Assembly (NCBI GenBank): GCA_964236265.1
Contig: CAXSDE010000004.1
Coordinates: 32,331-96,330 of the forward strand
Direction: 5' to 3'
DNA length: 64,000 bases
Source: an uncultured bacterium
GTDB lineage: Bacteria; Actinomycetota; Actinomycetes; JAVEEB01
Positions 62,059 to 64,000 of the stretch are shown in pieces. Positions within the stretch are counted from its first letter, which is position 1. Every line of letters begins with the position of its first letter. The notes under the pieces are model-generated. The model was not told the origin of the DNA. It saw only the letters and a list, made by a program, of their open reading frames with translations, and did no database searches. The position numbers were made by a program, and so were the translations under genes.

Positions 62059-64000
62059 CTACAGGTGAGTCAGCACGAGTAAAGCGATGTCGTCGTCGCC
62101 GCCGTGCGCAGCAGACAAGCTGCGCAGGATGTGGTCGGCAACCGCCTCCGGCGGCATCCGCAACTCCGCAACCGCCCGGCGCAGGCGCTCGAGCCCGACG
62201 GTGATGGATTCGCTGCGCCGTTCGATGAGCCCGTCGCTGAACAGCACCATCGTGCTCGCCCGTTCGAGCTCGACCGTGACGTCGCCATACTCGGCGGCAG
62301 CGACACCAATCGGCGGCCCCGGCTCGAGCTCGACATAGAACGGGTCGCCGGCGACTGGCGCGAGCAGCGGCGCCGGGTGACCGGCCGTCGCGGCGGTCAG
62401 CAGCCGGGTCGCCGGGTCGTACCGGCACACCAGCAACGTCGCGAGTTCCAGGTCCATCATCTGGTCGATGTCGGCGCCGAGGCGCGTCAACAACTCTGCC
62501 GGACCCAGCCCCTGCAGCGCCAGCGCCGCGACCAGGCCGTGGAGCTGGCCGGCGCGCGCAGCCGACGCGGTGCCGTGGCCCATCACGTCCCCGAGCGCGC
62601 ACACGATCGTGCCGCCGACATCGACGGTTTTGAAGAAGTCGCCGCCCGCCAGTGCGCTCGCGTTGGCGGGGAGGTAACGCGTCGCGACGAGCACGCCGGG
62701 CACCGCACGCGCCGTCCTCGGGAGCAGCGCCCGCTGCAGGGCGGTGGCCGCCCGGTGCTGGCGGGCGAAAGTCAGGGTGTTGTCGAGCGCCACGGACGCG
62801 CGGATCGCGATGTCGGCGAGCAGCACTTCGTCGAGCGGGTGGTCGCCGTCCCCTGTCACCGTGACGGTGCCCAAAGTGCGGCCGGGCGCGCGGAGCGCCA
62901 CGGTGAGTCGCGGACCGGCAACGGGCCACCCAGTGTCCGCCGCCACCGGATCGGTCGTCAGCCCCTCATTTTCCGGTACGACGTCCAGCCACTGCGGATC
63001 CCCGGTGCGCGCGACGTGCCCGAGGCCGCTCGCGCCGGTGGTGCGCAGATCCAAGGCTCGGGCGGCCTCGAGCAGGTGCTCCTCCTCGGCGGCATCGACG
63101 TGCCGCGCCCGTACGACGTGCAACTTCGTCGCGTCGTTGCCCGCGCAGATGCCGAGAAACTCCGCCACGGTGTCGGTGACCGTGACGACGGCCGAGACGG
63201 CGAGGTCCGGGACGACGAGACCGACGAGGATGTCCAGGACGTCCTGCGGCTGGACACTTGCGGCGAGGCGGGCGCCGGCGTCGGCGATGATCGCCAGGCG
63301 GGCACTGGAGCGCTCCAGGCCGAGCTGGGCCCGCTTGCTCTCGCTGATGTCGTGGAAGAACAAGGTCAGCCCGTCGCTGTCCGGCCAGATACGCACCTCG
63401 AAATGCGCGTTCATCGGCGCGAAGTAGGCCTCGATCATGTCGGGCTCGCCGGTCGCGATCGCCGCCGCGTAGTGCGTCTCGAAAGCTGTGCCGCGGCCGC
63501 CGGGAAACGCCTCCCACAGTTGCGTCCCGACGAACTGCTCCCGGGAGCCGCCCAGCAGGCCTTCGGCTATGACGTTGACGTACGTGATCGTCCAGTCGTG
63601 ACTGATCCGCACCAGCGCGACGGGCATCCGTTCCATCAACCGCAGCAACTCGTCCCGCAGGCCCCGTTCGGCCGACGCGTCGTAGGCCGCCCCGAGGATG
63701 TGCGACGCCTCGCCGAGCATGTCCGGCATGACGCGGCCGCGAAGGCGCACCCAGCGAAAGCCCCCGTCGGGCGCGGCGACCCGGTATTCGGCGACCATGT
63801 CGCCGAGGGTGTCGCGCGCGTGTGCGAACCGTTGCATGACGCCGGGCAGATCCTCCGGATGCACGGTGCGCTCGAAGTCGGCGAGCGACCCGCCGAACGT
63901 CTCCGCCGTGTGGCCGTGCAGAGCGAGCATCCGGGCGTCCCAGTCGAGCAGCCCCGTGGTGCCGAAGTGGTAGACGAACGAGCCGAGCTCCGCGGCGTCC
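62059..64000 (-). CDS. PAS/GAF-containing PP2C (SpoIIE/RsbU-type) serine phosphatase; 5' end lies beyond the window
   Basis: C-terminal PP2C block GGDFF...GDVMGHG...D...FSDGLIERR. N-terminal PAS and GAF-like regions. The frame is open to position 64000. Confidence 0.8.
   Translation of the reverse strand, partial: DAAELGSFVYHFGTTGLLDWDARMLALHGHTAETFGGSLADFERTVHPEDLPGVMQRFAHARDTLGDMVAEYRVAAPDGGFRWVRLRGRVMPDMLGEASHILGAAYDASAERGLRDELLRLMERMPVALVRISHDWTITYVNVIAEGLLGGSREQFVGTQLWEAFPGGRGTAFETHYAAAIATGEPDMIEAYFAPMNAHFEVRIWPDSDGLTLFFHDISESKRAQLGLERSSARLAIIADAGARLAASVQPQDVLDILVGLVVPDLAVSAVVTVTDTVAEFLGICAGNDATKLHVVRARHVDAAEEEHLLEAARALDLRTTGASGLGHVARTGDPQWLDVVPENEGLTTDPVAADTGWPVAGPRLTVALRAPGRTLGTVTVTGDGDHPLDEVLLADIAIRASVALDNTLTFARQHRAATALQRALLPRTARAVPGVLVATRYLPANASALAGGDFFKTVDVGGTIVCALGDVMGHGTASAARAGQLHGLVAALALQGLGPAELLTRLGADIDQMMDLELATLLVCRYDPATRLLTAATAGHPAPLLAPVAGDPFYVELEPGPPIGVAAAEYGDVTVELERASTMVLFSDGLIERRSESITVGLERLRRAVAELRMPPEAVADHILRSLSAAHGGDDDIALLVLTHL

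Overview
This 64 kb window is a high-GC (about 70%) actinobacterial chromosome segment containing roughly 60 genes. The housekeeping backbone includes thrC, groEL2 with two CIRCE operators, two cold-shock genes, futalosine-pathway mqnD-mqnB, serC, a citA-type citrate synthase, bioY, several MFS transporters, a DUF3027/DUF2530/MFS cluster resembling the mycobacterial Rv0871-Rv0889 neighbourhood, an OmpR/HK two-component pair and tRNA-Arg(CCT). Accessory and unusual content is layered on top of this. (1) A DUF222/HNH (REP13E12-type) element is inserted into, and truncates, a gpgS-like GT2 gene just upstream of thrC. (2) Directly downstream of thrC there is a lower-GC defence island: a type I R-M system (hsdR, hsdM, hsdS) with an AbiEi/AbiEii toxin-antitoxin pair embedded between hsdR and hsdM, plus a convergent RadC/JAB gene. 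abiEii appears frameshifted and reads through in frame into hsdM. (3) Two translationally coupled dynamin-like GTPases. (4) A 1,858-aa predicted cell-surface protein with an N-terminal C-type lectin domain (EPN/WND motifs), about 18 fibronectin-III repeats and a sortase-like anchor. (5) An arsR / arsM-aqpS-arsC arsenic operon with palindromic operators. (6) Several decayed genes: a doubly frameshifted DinB_2/TIGR03083 gene, a DsbA/FrnE fragment, an ECF sigma remnant, a frameshifted Ca/Na antiporter, and IS3/IS21 transposase wreckage near 60.3-61.6 kb. (7) Multiple short tandem repeats (15-21 bp), both intergenic and in frame inside genes. No CRISPR array or rRNA was seen. Many long ORFs in the six-frame track are antisense artefacts of high GC.
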